Below, piece by piece: positions 29,121 to 37,863 of a stretch of 64,000 nucleotides of DNA. The DNA comes from an uncultured Ignavibacteriales bacterium (GTDB taxonomy: Bacteria; Bacteroidota; Ignavibacteria; T3Sed10-11). Position numbers and translations under genes: made by a program. Numbering within the stretch: the stretch's first letter is position 1; each line of letters opens with the position of its first letter. Below the pieces are notes generated by a model. It searched no databases, was not told the origin of the DNA, and saw only the letters and a program-made list of their open reading frames with translations. The stretch is from NCBI GenBank assembly GCA_964495085.1, contig CAZBUK010000011.1:844-64843 (forward strand), written 5' to 3'.

Positions 29121-32100
29121 TCATCCGCCTATGAGGATGAATCCACTCCAGAATGCCGGAAATGCCGTAAGATCATTTTGCAGCAGAGAGAGCTTAGCCG
29201 ATCGCAGCGCTGCCGGATAACTTTGTCCGGATAAAATATTCCGGTAGAATTCCACCATCAATTCACCCGTATGGCGGTCGTATACCTTCCAGAGGGAGAC
29301 GACGACATTTCGCGCGCCGGCAAACAGAATCCCGCGCGTGAGTGCGATCAGACCCTCTCCCCGGATCACTTCGCCAGCGCCGCTCTCGCAGCTGCTGAGC
29401 ACGACAAGATCCGCATCGAGATTCAGGTTGAACATTTCAGCGGCGAAAAGAAGTCCGTCTTCTCCGCTCCCTTCATCCTCAGGCCGGGCGAATACGATGC
29501 CGGATAGCCGCGGCTCAGTATCGTGTATGATGCCGTGGCTGGCGACATGGACGATCTGCGTAGCTGCCGCGTGCAATTTGAAGTTCTCTTCGCTCGCCGA
29601 GTCGAACAGGTAGCCGACGGCGGGAAGACCGCGCTGTTGAAAGAGACCGATGATATTTTCGAGTTCGAGGCGGGAGAACGGGAGCGGAGCGTAATTCCCG
29701 GTCTCCGTAAGGATCGACCGGTACTGATCGTCTGCCCGCATAGCGTGTGCCGTAATACCTACTTCTGCATCGTGGACCGCGGCGGCTTCATCTTCAAATA
29801 CGGGTGCAAATCCGACGAACGAAGAAGCATACCGTTCCGCGTCCTTCTGTCGGGTTGTTGAATTTCTATATAGTCTCGCTGCGTAATGGTACGACACCTC
29901 ATACTCCTCGATCAGATATTTCGTCTCTGCAAACCCGGATGTATGGAAACTCGCTTTCGGAAGATCTGCTATGAGGGCTTCGAACGGCAGGTAGAAAAGT
30001 TCACCGTCGGGAATTACAATCAGGCGCTCGATCTTTCCGAGCATCGATTTGACAGGGGTGATGAGATTTCTGTACAGAAACGCGGAGGGTTCAATGAACG
30101 AACCGCGATCGGCTTTCCGCAGACTTGCCGACAAACGCCGGATATTTGCCGATATCTCGCGCATATCTCCGCCCCGAAATACCTGGAGCGATTCGGCGGT
30201 GACGACGAACACCAGAAGCTCATCCGACCCGGCGAAGTAATGTAGAATCGCCGTCCTCGCATCCAATTCATTGCGGATCCGGTCGAGATCAGGCTGCATG
30301 AGCCGGTAGCGGATCTCGTAATATTCCGGATATTCTTTCTCGAATGTCGACAGGAGGAGATCGTACTGCGCCTTCTTTGTGTAATACAGATCGGCATGGT
30401 ACGCAAAGCGATCGTCTTCCGTCGGGCTCTTCACCATCTCCGTTTCATGATACACAATATCGTGCCGGAGATCGGATTCCAAGCCGAGCAGACTGTCGGG
30501 AATTCCCGCGAACGTGCGCGCGTCGAGATCGGCGAACGATTGCAGGAGTACCGACGACTTATTCGCTTCGGATAAGGCAAAAGCATCTGACAGGTAGATC
30601 CGGTCGCCGGTCGCATCATACAGGGCGAGTGCGGTTTCTATGCCTTCTTCGAAAACGAGGTGGCTCTCGCTCGCGATCAGGAGTCTGCTCTCGTCGCGCC
30701 GCAATCCCGTCTGCACCGACCGTATCAGATCGACGGCGGCAGTATACGTCTCAAGAGCCGTATTCAGATAGTGGATCTTCTCCGGATGAGAATCTGAGAT
30801 TGACCGCAGCACAAGGGCCTTCTTCCTGAGCGCGGTCAGCAATCTGTCGGCCGCATTCGTATGGATTTGCCGGGGGATGGCGAATATCGACGTATCGGTG
30901 AAGGACGGAGTGCCGGTGATAATCGCACGTTGATAAAACGGTAACGCACCGTTCGGGTCATTCCTGAGTTGGGACAGGTCGCCGAGATTGTTATATATCC
31001 GCACGAGCAGCCGGGTTTCGTTGTTCCCCGACAGGCGAAGATGATTTACGCCTTTCAGGTATAATTCTTCGGCAAGATCGTATTCGCCTTTTTTGCTGTA
31101 TGCAAATCCAAGATTGTTGTAGATGTAAGCGAACGTAGGATGTTCGGGAGAGAATACCCGTCCATAAATCCCGGATGCTTCCTGGAGGAAATGAATTGCC
31201 CGATCGTACTCACCGATATCGGTATAGTTGACGCCCATGTTCAGATATAGATTTCCCAGGTACTCCGGTCGGCCGGATGAGTTTGCGCCCCGAATCTCGA
31301 ACGCATTGTTATAGGCCTGACCGGCTGAAGTGTAATCCTTCAGATCGCTGTAGATGATCCCCATATGATTATATACCGTGGCGAGCCGGTCGTCGTCGGT
31401 TTCGAGAGAACTCTTATAGATCGATAATGCGCGGAATTGAAGATCGAGCGCGGCAGCGTGGTCGCCGGTATTGTTCCTGTATGCGCCGAGCGATGAATAT
31501 ATTTCGCCGACGCGGGGATGTTCTTCGCCGAAGTAATCACGGTAGATCTCGAGCGTTTTCTCGAGGTATACGATGGCAGAATCGAGTCTGCCGCGTTGAT
31601 TGAAATAGATGCCGATATTGCGGTAGGACTCGCCGGTCATATAATGCGTCGGTCCGAGCGTTACCCGTCGGATATCCGCCGCTTTCCTTGAGTACGCTAT
31701 CGCACTATCGAGATCTCCCATATAATAATGAACCACTCCGATGTTGTTCATCAGCCTTCCCGCAGCGGCGCCGAGCAGTTCGTTGTTGGCACGATATATC
31801 CAATGTGCTTTTCGGTAATAGACGAGAGCGTTATCGGGATCATTCTTATTCCGATAAACGATGCCGAGATTTGTATAGAGCGATGCAAGGAGCGGATGAT
31901 CCGGAGAGAGATCGCTTTCTGCGGCCTCGATCGCCGTGTTTATCTCCGAGAATGCGGAATCCAGTTCTCCCAATTGGATAAAGGCCGAGCTCATCCCGAT
32001 GCGGCTCCGGAGTCCGGCGTCATATGCACCCGTCTCATCGGCGAGCGATTGAGCCCGGCGATACTGAGATATCGATTCCTTATACGCTCCCGCACCGTAT

Positions 32101-32237
32101 AAAGATTGCGCTTCCTCCAGATGTCTGTTCAGGAGGACGGTATCGGCGGGAGAAATGTATTGAACCGCATTCGTGACAGAAGAAACGCCGATACAGAGAG
32201 CGATCAGGAAGAAGTGAAGCGATAAACGGGGACTCAA
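29121..32237 (-). CDS. Exported TPR-repeat + CHAT-domain (caspase-like peptidase) protein
   Basis: Signal peptide, ~450 aa of TPR repeats, C-terminal CHAT domain with the His/Cys dyad (VHVASHGI.. and DLVVLSSCESGAG). Confidence 0.75.
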   Translation of the reverse strand: MSPRLSLHFFLIALCIGVSSVTNAVQYISPADTVLLNRHLEEAQSLYGAGAYKESISQYRRAQSLADETGAYDAGLRSRIGMSSAFIQLGELDSAFSEINTAIEAAESDLSPDHPLLASLYTNLGIVYRNKNDPDNALVYYRKAHWIYRANNELLGAAAGRLMNNIGVVHYYMGDLDSAIAYSRKAADIRRVTLGPTHYMTGESYRNIGIYFNQRGRLDSAIVYLEKTLEIYRDYFGEEHPRVGEIYSSLGAYRNNTGDHAAALDLQFRALSIYKSSLETDDDRLATVYNHMGIIYSDLKDYTSAGQAYNNAFEIRGANSSGRPEYLGNLYLNMGVNYTDIGEYDRAIHFLQEASGIYGRVFSPEHPTFAYIYNNLGFAYSKKGEYDLAEELYLKGVNHLRLSGNNETRLLVRIYNNLGDLSQLRNDPNGALPFYQRAIITGTPSFTDTSIFAIPRQIHTNAADRLLTALRKKALVLRSISDSHPEKIHYLNTALETYTAAVDLIRSVQTGLRRDESRLLIASESHLVFEEGIETALALYDATGDRIYLSDAFALSEANKSSVLLQSFADLDARTFAGIPDSLLGLESDLRHDIVYHETEMVKSPTEDDRFAYHADLYYTKKAQYDLLLSTFEKEYPEYYEIRYRLMQPDLDRIRNELDARTAILHYFAGSDELLVFVVTAESLQVFRGGDMREISANIRRLSASLRKADRGSFIEPSAFLYRNLITPVKSMLGKIERLIVIPDGELFYLPFEALIADLPKASFHTSGFAETKYLIEEYEVSYHYAARLYRNSTTRQKDAERYASSFVGFAPVFEDEAAAVHDAEVGITAHAMRADDQYRSILTETGNYAPLPFSRLELENIIGLFQQRGLPAVGYLFDSASEENFKLHAAATQIVHVASHGIIHDTEPRLSGIVFARPEDEGSGEDGLLFAAEMFNLNLDADLVVLSSCESGAGEVIRGEGLIALTRGILFAGARNVVVSLWKVYDRHTGELMVEFYRNILSGQSYPAALRSAKLSLLQNDLTAFPAFWSGFILIGG

Positions 32238-32741
32238 TACACTCTCCCGGATTGGTTACTTGCTGGGAAACTATTGAGATTCATGGAATATGTATACCTT
32301 GTATCTTATCGCAGCGCAGGCGGGGCGAAGCGGGAATTCCGCCTCTCCCCGGCCGATTCGATCCGATAGTACCGGTCGAAGACCTGTGCGGTGACTTTTG
32401 AATCCTCCCAGGAATGCAGACATCAGCCTATCCGGTAAATTTCATGGTCCTCCGAATGAGTCCACAAAATGATTCATCCGGGGTTAATCATCCCATCTGC
32501 CAATCGTCGCTCAGGAGCCTTCGGCGCCGGTTGCATGTGATATAGAGCGTACCTTGGTTTTACCGGACAGAACTGAATTTACTCATTCAGGTCATTAATC
32601 GCAATGAAAATATTTCTGCCCGAACCATCGATTTGATTTTTTTGAATATTTTAATAATTCTTGACTTTGTATGAAACAATCGGCGATATTCAGAGGTAAA
32701 TCCCACGGAGTCGTTTCCAATAGAACCTGATCTTTCCAGGT

Positions 32742-33395
32742 ATGGGTCAGCCAGTAAGTATATTAATCGCCGATGATCACCCCGTGTTTCGGGAAGGATT
32801 GCTGAATATTCTCCAGAAGCGCAGAAACACAGGACCTGTCTATGAATCCGGCAACGGCGAAGAGGCGCTTGCTCTGATTCGTAAACATCATCCGGAAATC
32901 GTTTTGCTCGACATCGATATGCCGGGGTTGAACGGACTCGAAATCGCACGGACAGTTCAATCCGAAAATCTTCCATCCAGGATCATTATGCTGACAATGT
33001 ATAAAGAAGAGGACGTCTTCAACCGGGCGATGGACTATGGCGTATCGGGATTTGTCCTAAAGGAATCTGCCGTGACCGATCTGCTTCAGAGCATCTCGTT
33101 CGTGACAAGCGATAAATATTATGTAAGTCCGGTACTATCGGAATTCCTGATGCACCGCCTGCGAAGAGAGCAGAACTTCAACCTCTCACACCCGTCGCTC
33201 CATTTATTAACCGGTGCTGAGCGACGGATTCTCAAACTGATAGCCCTTATGAAAACGAGCAGGGATATTGCGGATGAGCTGTCCGTGAGTCCCCGCACCG
33301 TCGAAAATCACCGAATGAACATCTGCAATAAGCTCAACATACACGGCAGCCATGCCCTCATGAAATTCGCTCTCGAAAACAAATCATATCTTTGA
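32742..33395 (+). CDS. Two-component response regulator, NarL/LuxR family (REC + HTH_LuxR)
   Basis: VSILIADDHPVF..VLLDIDMPGLNG (phospho-Asp) receiver. C-terminal LuxR HTH (RRILKLIALMKTSRDIADELSVSPRTVENHRMNICNKL). Confidence 0.85.
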   Translation: MGQPVSILIADDHPVFREGLLNILQKRRNTGPVYESGNGEEALALIRKHHPEIVLLDIDMPGLNGLEIARTVQSENLPSRIIMLTMYKEEDVFNRAMDYGVSGFVLKESAVTDLLQSISFVTSDKYYVSPVLSEFLMHRLRREQNFNLSHPSLHLLTGAERRILKLIALMKTSRDIADELSVSPRTVENHRMNICNKLNIHGSHALMKFALENKSYL

Positions 33396-33656
33396 AGCTC
33401 GACGGATCTACCGGAGTACACGCAACGCTGCTTCAATCATTGTATACGTATCGAAAATTCCCCGCATTTAGAATTTCCGTGTTGTTAGCATGTCCCCGCC
33501 GATTATCTGACCGGATCGCTCCATATTAGTCCGGTTTTTCGGCGTAAACAAATTAGGTGGATCTACTCAGTCAAATCGGGTAATCATCTCTATTCCTTTT
33601 AATCATAGAACCTACCATCTTCGATAAAAACCGATTAACCTGGCGCTCACAGAAAT

Positions 33657-34010
33657 TTGAAATTATTAATCGTAGAAGATAACAGCAGTATGAGCGATCT
33701 TATCCGGGTGCTGCTCGAGGATGAGTTCGAAACCATACGCGAGATACAGGACGGGGATGAAGCTCTGAAGGAATTTACTGAACTTCATCCCGATTGGGTT
33801 ATCATGGACATCCAGATGAAACGATTGGATGGAATTAGCACAACCTCTCTTCTCAAGATGAAATATCCGGAAGCAAAAATTATCATTCTGACCAATTACC
33901 CGGACGGGGAGCTTCGCGCCGCCGCTCAGAAAGCGGGAGCGTTAGGATACGTGCTCAAGGAGAATATTTCCGAGGTCAGACAGATCATCCGGAATATGAA
34001 ATCCGGATAA
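33657..34010 (+). CDS. Stand-alone receiver (REC-only) response regulator, NarL-family-like
   Basis: TTG start (first start after the in-frame TAA). KLLIVEDN..VIMDIQMKRLDG..IIILT with no output domain. Confidence 0.7.
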   Translation: MKLLIVEDNSSMSDLIRVLLEDEFETIREIQDGDEALKEFTELHPDWVIMDIQMKRLDGISTTSLLKMKYPEAKIIILTNYPDGELRAAAQKAGALGYVLKENISEVRQIIRNMKSG

Positions 34011-34082
34011 CGGCCGGACGATTTGCCGGTATAGATCCATAACGAATTCCAGCAAGATTCACATTTCCAAAGGGAGAAGCGA

Positions 34083-35669
34083 ATGAGAACGAAGACTGCA
34101 TGTTTTCCGATTGCTGTGCTCATCCTGATGCTGCATGCCGTGATTCTTTATACTCAGGTGCCGCAGAAAATTTCATTCCAGGGGTATCTGACGGACGAAT
34201 CCAGCCTGCAGATGCTCGAAGACGGCGAATACTCCATGAGGTTTTCGCTCTATACGGACGAAGATCCGTCGACACCGCTCTGGACCGAAGAGCAGCAAGT
34301 ATCGGTGTTAAACGGAGTTTTCAACGTTCATCTCGGCGATGTTGAGCCGCTCATGCTTCCATTCGAAGTACCGTATTATCTGGGTATATCGATCGATGGC
34401 GGCGAGGAACTTTCGCCGCATATAGCTCTCGCCTCATCGCCATACAGCCTTCGTGCGGGCAATATAGACGATGGCCAGGTCGTGCGGAGTCTCAATGATT
34501 TACGGGATGACGTCGTTTTAGAGGCAGGCGAGAACATCTCGATCACGAGTGAGGAGAATGCCATCAGAATATCGGCGATCCTCGGAAACGATGTCGAGGA
34601 GGATGTGAATTGGAAGGCAGATGGTGACAATGTCTTTAATAAGAATACCGGAAACGTAGGTATCGGTACGGAGACGCCCGAGGCAAAGCTGGATGTACAG
34701 GGCGAATTGAGGGTTTCGGGCGGAGTGCGGATATCCGGAGGCAGCGCTGATGATGTGGATTTGTCGGGAACCGGTACAATTCTTTCCGTTACCACAACTG
34801 GAGCTAGCGCAACTGCCATATCCGGCAGGGCGGAGGGCAGTTTAAGCCCGGCTGGAGTATACGGAGTGAGCAACTCTTCAGGCGGCCGCGGGGTGTTCGG
34901 CGAAGCGACCCACGCGAGCGGTTCGACTGCCGGTGTTCGAGGTGTCACGGCTTCGAGCAACTCGAATGCGACCGGAGTTTTCGGTTTGGCAATTAGCGCT
35001 GATGCCGCTGGAGCAGGGGTGAAAGGCCAGAGCAACGGCATAACAGGTTACGGAGTGTGGGGGCAGGGAGGCACCGGCGGCACAGGTGTCCTGGGACAGA
35101 CACATTCTGCCACAAGTTATGGTGTATGGGCGTATAACAGCGGTACCGGAGTAGCTCTGCGTGCCGAGGGGAGCGGAACTCTGATCGAAGCATGGGATCT
35201 TTCGCCAGTCAACGTACGATTCAGGGTAGACAATAATGGAAATGTCACGGCTGACGGGACGTTCACCTCGCCCGCGGCGGATTTTGCGGAGATGCTGCCG
35301 GCTGCATCCGGTCTGGAGCCGGGTGATGTTCTGATAATCGGCAGGGAGGGACTGCTTGAGAAGAGCTCAAAGGCATTCGAATCGACAGTTGTCGGCGTTT
35401 ATTCGACCAAGCCGGCGTTTTTAGGGGGTGTTGAGATTCTAGAGGATCAGAATGATAAAATTCCCCTCGCCGTGCTCGGCATCGTCCCCGTCAAGGCAAG
35501 TGCGGGCAACGGCGCAATAATCCCGGGCGATCTTCTTGCAGCATCAGATATTCCCGGGCATGCAATGCGGGCAGGTTCAGACGCTCCGGTCGGCACGATC
35601 ATCGGCAAGTCAATGACCGGTCTTGAAGGAGGGACCGGAGTCATTCGGATGCTCGTCACTTTGCAGTAA
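34083..35669 (+). CDS. Exported paralogue 1 of a tail-fibre-like family: conserved N-domain, Gly-rich ~12-aa periodic repeats, distinct C-terminal domain
   Basis: Signal peptide then ISFQGYLTDE..DDGQVVRSLNDLRDDVVLEAGENISIT, shared with the ORFs at 36691, 37864 and 40472. One GNVGIGTETPEAKLDV motif. ~9 repeats of ..G.GV.G.s... AGGGAG RBS upstream. Confidence 0.7.
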   Translation: MRTKTACFPIAVLILMLHAVILYTQVPQKISFQGYLTDESSLQMLEDGEYSMRFSLYTDEDPSTPLWTEEQQVSVLNGVFNVHLGDVEPLMLPFEVPYYLGISIDGGEELSPHIALASSPYSLRAGNIDDGQVVRSLNDLRDDVVLEAGENISITSEENAIRISAILGNDVEEDVNWKADGDNVFNKNTGNVGIGTETPEAKLDVQGELRVSGGVRISGGSADDVDLSGTGTILSVTTTGASATAISGRAEGSLSPAGVYGVSNSSGGRGVFGEATHASGSTAGVRGVTASSNSNATGVFGLAISADAAGAGVKGQSNGITGYGVWGQGGTGGTGVLGQTHSATSYGVWAYNSGTGVALRAEGSGTLIEAWDLSPVNVRFRVDNNGNVTADGTFTSPAADFAEMLPAASGLEPGDVLIIGREGLLEKSSKAFESTVVGVYSTKPAFLGGVEILEDQNDKIPLAVLGIVPVKASAGNGAIIPGDLLAASDIPGHAMRAGSDAPVGTIIGKSMTGLEGGTGVIRMLVTLQ

Positions 35670-35750
35670 TAAAGCATAACCGTATGATTCCAGGCTTGAA
35701 TCTGCGATGTAATAGCATCAGGAATACTTTCGAATAATATGGAGGAACTC

Positions 35751-36647
35751 ATGCCAATGTTTACCTGGTCGGTCGTTTACACCGCAATATGCGTATGTGT
35801 TGCGGTTCTCTTTGCCTCGCAAGCGCGTGCGCAAGAGGGACTGACAGGGAGGATCGATGAACGCACGCCCGGCATATCATTCGCAGTCCCGGCCGGATGG
35901 ACCGCTTATAAAACGGAGGTTGGGTATCTGATCGCCTCGGAGACCGAGAAGGGCTTTGTTCTTGTGATGAGCCATGAGTTTAGTTCGATGAGCGAGTTAG
36001 AAAACGCTGCGCGTGAATCTATGAGTGATGATAACGGCACATCCCTGCGGCCGGATAGAGAACCGGAAAGATTTCTTTCCGCAGAATACGAAGGTATAGC
36101 GATGTACTATAAGGGGACCGTTGAATGGGTGGAAGCCCGAGCGTATGCGGTCGGTTTGATTTCGCCGTACGGCAGCGGCGTGACGATCCTCGCTGCCGTC
36201 GAGCCCCAGTCATTCACAGCAACATTTACAAGTACCGTGGACGATATCGCACGCGGGGTTGAATTCAGGCAACCCGAGCTACCTCCGGTCGATGAGCAAT
36301 GGAAAGCCGCATTAACCGGGATGCGTCTCACGTATATGCATACGTATTCAAGCGGCAGCTCGGGCGGTTTCTCAGACAGGATAGTTATTGATTTGTGTAC
36401 AGACGGCTCGTTTTCGTATTCCGGCAGCAGCAACCTGTCGATCGATACGGGAGGTGCGTACGGATACAGCCATGGAAAAAGCGGGGGAGCCGGAACGTGG
36501 GAGGTGTTGAACAATGGGGGACAGCCTGTATTGCGACTGATCTTTAACGATGGAACGGTCAGACAATACCGTATTTCATTGCAGGACGACCGGTTTTATC
36601 TCGACGATACAAGATATTTCAGGACTCACGATGCACCATGCAGGTAA
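35751..36647 (+). CDS. Hypothetical exported protein embedded in the paralogue cluster
   Basis: Signal peptide (MPMFTWSVVYTAICVCVAVLFASQARAQ), GGAGG RBS 5 nt upstream of ATG 35751 (the ORF is open from 35739). Gly/Ser-rich C-terminal half. No recognisable family. Confidence 0.55.
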   Translation: MPMFTWSVVYTAICVCVAVLFASQARAQEGLTGRIDERTPGISFAVPAGWTAYKTEVGYLIASETEKGFVLVMSHEFSSMSELENAARESMSDDNGTSLRPDREPERFLSAEYEGIAMYYKGTVEWVEARAYAVGLISPYGSGVTILAAVEPQSFTATFTSTVDDIARGVEFRQPELPPVDEQWKAALTGMRLTYMHTYSSGSSGGFSDRIVIDLCTDGSFSYSGSSNLSIDTGGAYGYSHGKSGGAGTWEVLNNGGQPVLRLIFNDGTVRQYRISLQDDRFYLDDTRYFRTHDAPCR

Positions 36648-36690
36648 ATGCATGCGGGTATTCTTTTATTCATAAAGCGAGGAAACGAAA

Positions 36691-37677
36691 ATGAAACGAA
36701 TGTCATTGTGTATGGGAATAATTCTCATGGCGATATCGGAAGCATTGTTATTCGGTCAGATACCTTACACCATCAGCTACCAGGGGTATCTGACAGATGA
36801 ATCCGGAACGCCGGTTTCCGATGGAGAATATAACATACAATTTTCGCTTTATACCGCAAATGATCCGCAAGAGCTTGTGTGGACGGAGATTCAATCAGTC
36901 GTCGTGACAAACGGTCTGTTCCATGTATATCTGGGAATTATCGAGCCGCTTTCGCCGGCTTTTGACGAGCAGTACTCCCTCGGAATTGCGATCGACGGAG
37001 GTGATGAGCTGTCACCGCGAACACCCCTCGCCTCATCTCCATACAGTTTACGCACCCGGGGGATCGATGACGGTCAGGTTGTGAAGAGTATCAACACTTT
37101 GAAAGACAGCGTCATACTTGAAGCGGGCGAGAATATATCCATCTCTGAGGAAGAGAACCGGATAATCATATCCGCTGCGGGAGGGAGTGAGAACGGAACT
37201 GAATTTCCGGAAGGCGGTGTAGTCCGTTCTATCAATGGACTAACCGATCATATCAATCTTGTCGGCGCAGACGGCGTGTCGGTCGGTTCCGTTGCCGATA
37301 CACTGTACATAAGCGCAGGTAATGCCCGGGTTATCTCCTCGGACTGGCAGTTATTTATAGGCAATAACTGGAGCGATGTGACAAACTTTTTTGGCAAGGA
37401 TCGAAGAACATACGAAATAGATGTACCGGAAATTACACAGAATGTTCTGGATCGAGGTATGGTACAGGTATCTGTAAGGTTCGGCGGCACTTCCAGTGTT
37501 ATACAGCCTTTACCCATCCTTCAATCGATAACTCAACAAAAGGAGCAACGTCTCGCATTTCATTTACGACTCGGGAAAATAGTGTTGGAATATTACAATA
37601 TCGGGGAATCGTCCGATCCGGGAACGATCAGCGGGGGAAGCAATCGCTATATGTATACGATCACCTCCGGGATATAA
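36691..37677 (+). CDS. Exported paralogue 2 of the tail-fibre-like family (short; distinct beta-rich C-terminal domain)
   Basis: Signal peptide + TISYQGYLTDESGTPVSDGEY..DDGQVVKSINTLKDSVILEAGENISIS, then a divergent ~190-aa C-terminal region. Confidence 0.7.
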   Translation: MKRMSLCMGIILMAISEALLFGQIPYTISYQGYLTDESGTPVSDGEYNIQFSLYTANDPQELVWTEIQSVVVTNGLFHVYLGIIEPLSPAFDEQYSLGIAIDGGDELSPRTPLASSPYSLRTRGIDDGQVVKSINTLKDSVILEAGENISISEEENRIIISAAGGSENGTEFPEGGVVRSINGLTDHINLVGADGVSVGSVADTLYISAGNARVISSDWQLFIGNNWSDVTNFFGKDRRTYEIDVPEITQNVLDRGMVQVSVRFGGTSSVIQPLPILQSITQQKEQRLAFHLRLGKIVLEYYNIGESSDPGTISGGSNRYMYTITSGI

Positions 37678-37863
37678 AGGTATTTACATGAAAATAATCA
37701 GGGACTGATCGGGCTTTTCTCATCGAATTCGTGGTTCCGAGCATGCTGTGTCTTATCGATGAAAATACAAACTTTTTATGGAACGATGGCAGTTTATTGA
37801 GAGGATCAAATCGAGGCGGAGGGTATTAAGCATATTTCACACTAACTAATCGTTGAGGGTACA

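Noticed and set aside
34376-35041. Minus-strand ORFs antisense to the paralogue genes (34376-35041, 38227-38763, 41264-41833) and to the propeller gene (46731-47438)
   Set aside because: They lie inside Gly-rich coding repeats whose reverse complement is Pro/Ala-rich and stop-poor. The plus-strand products have signal peptides and conserved domains.
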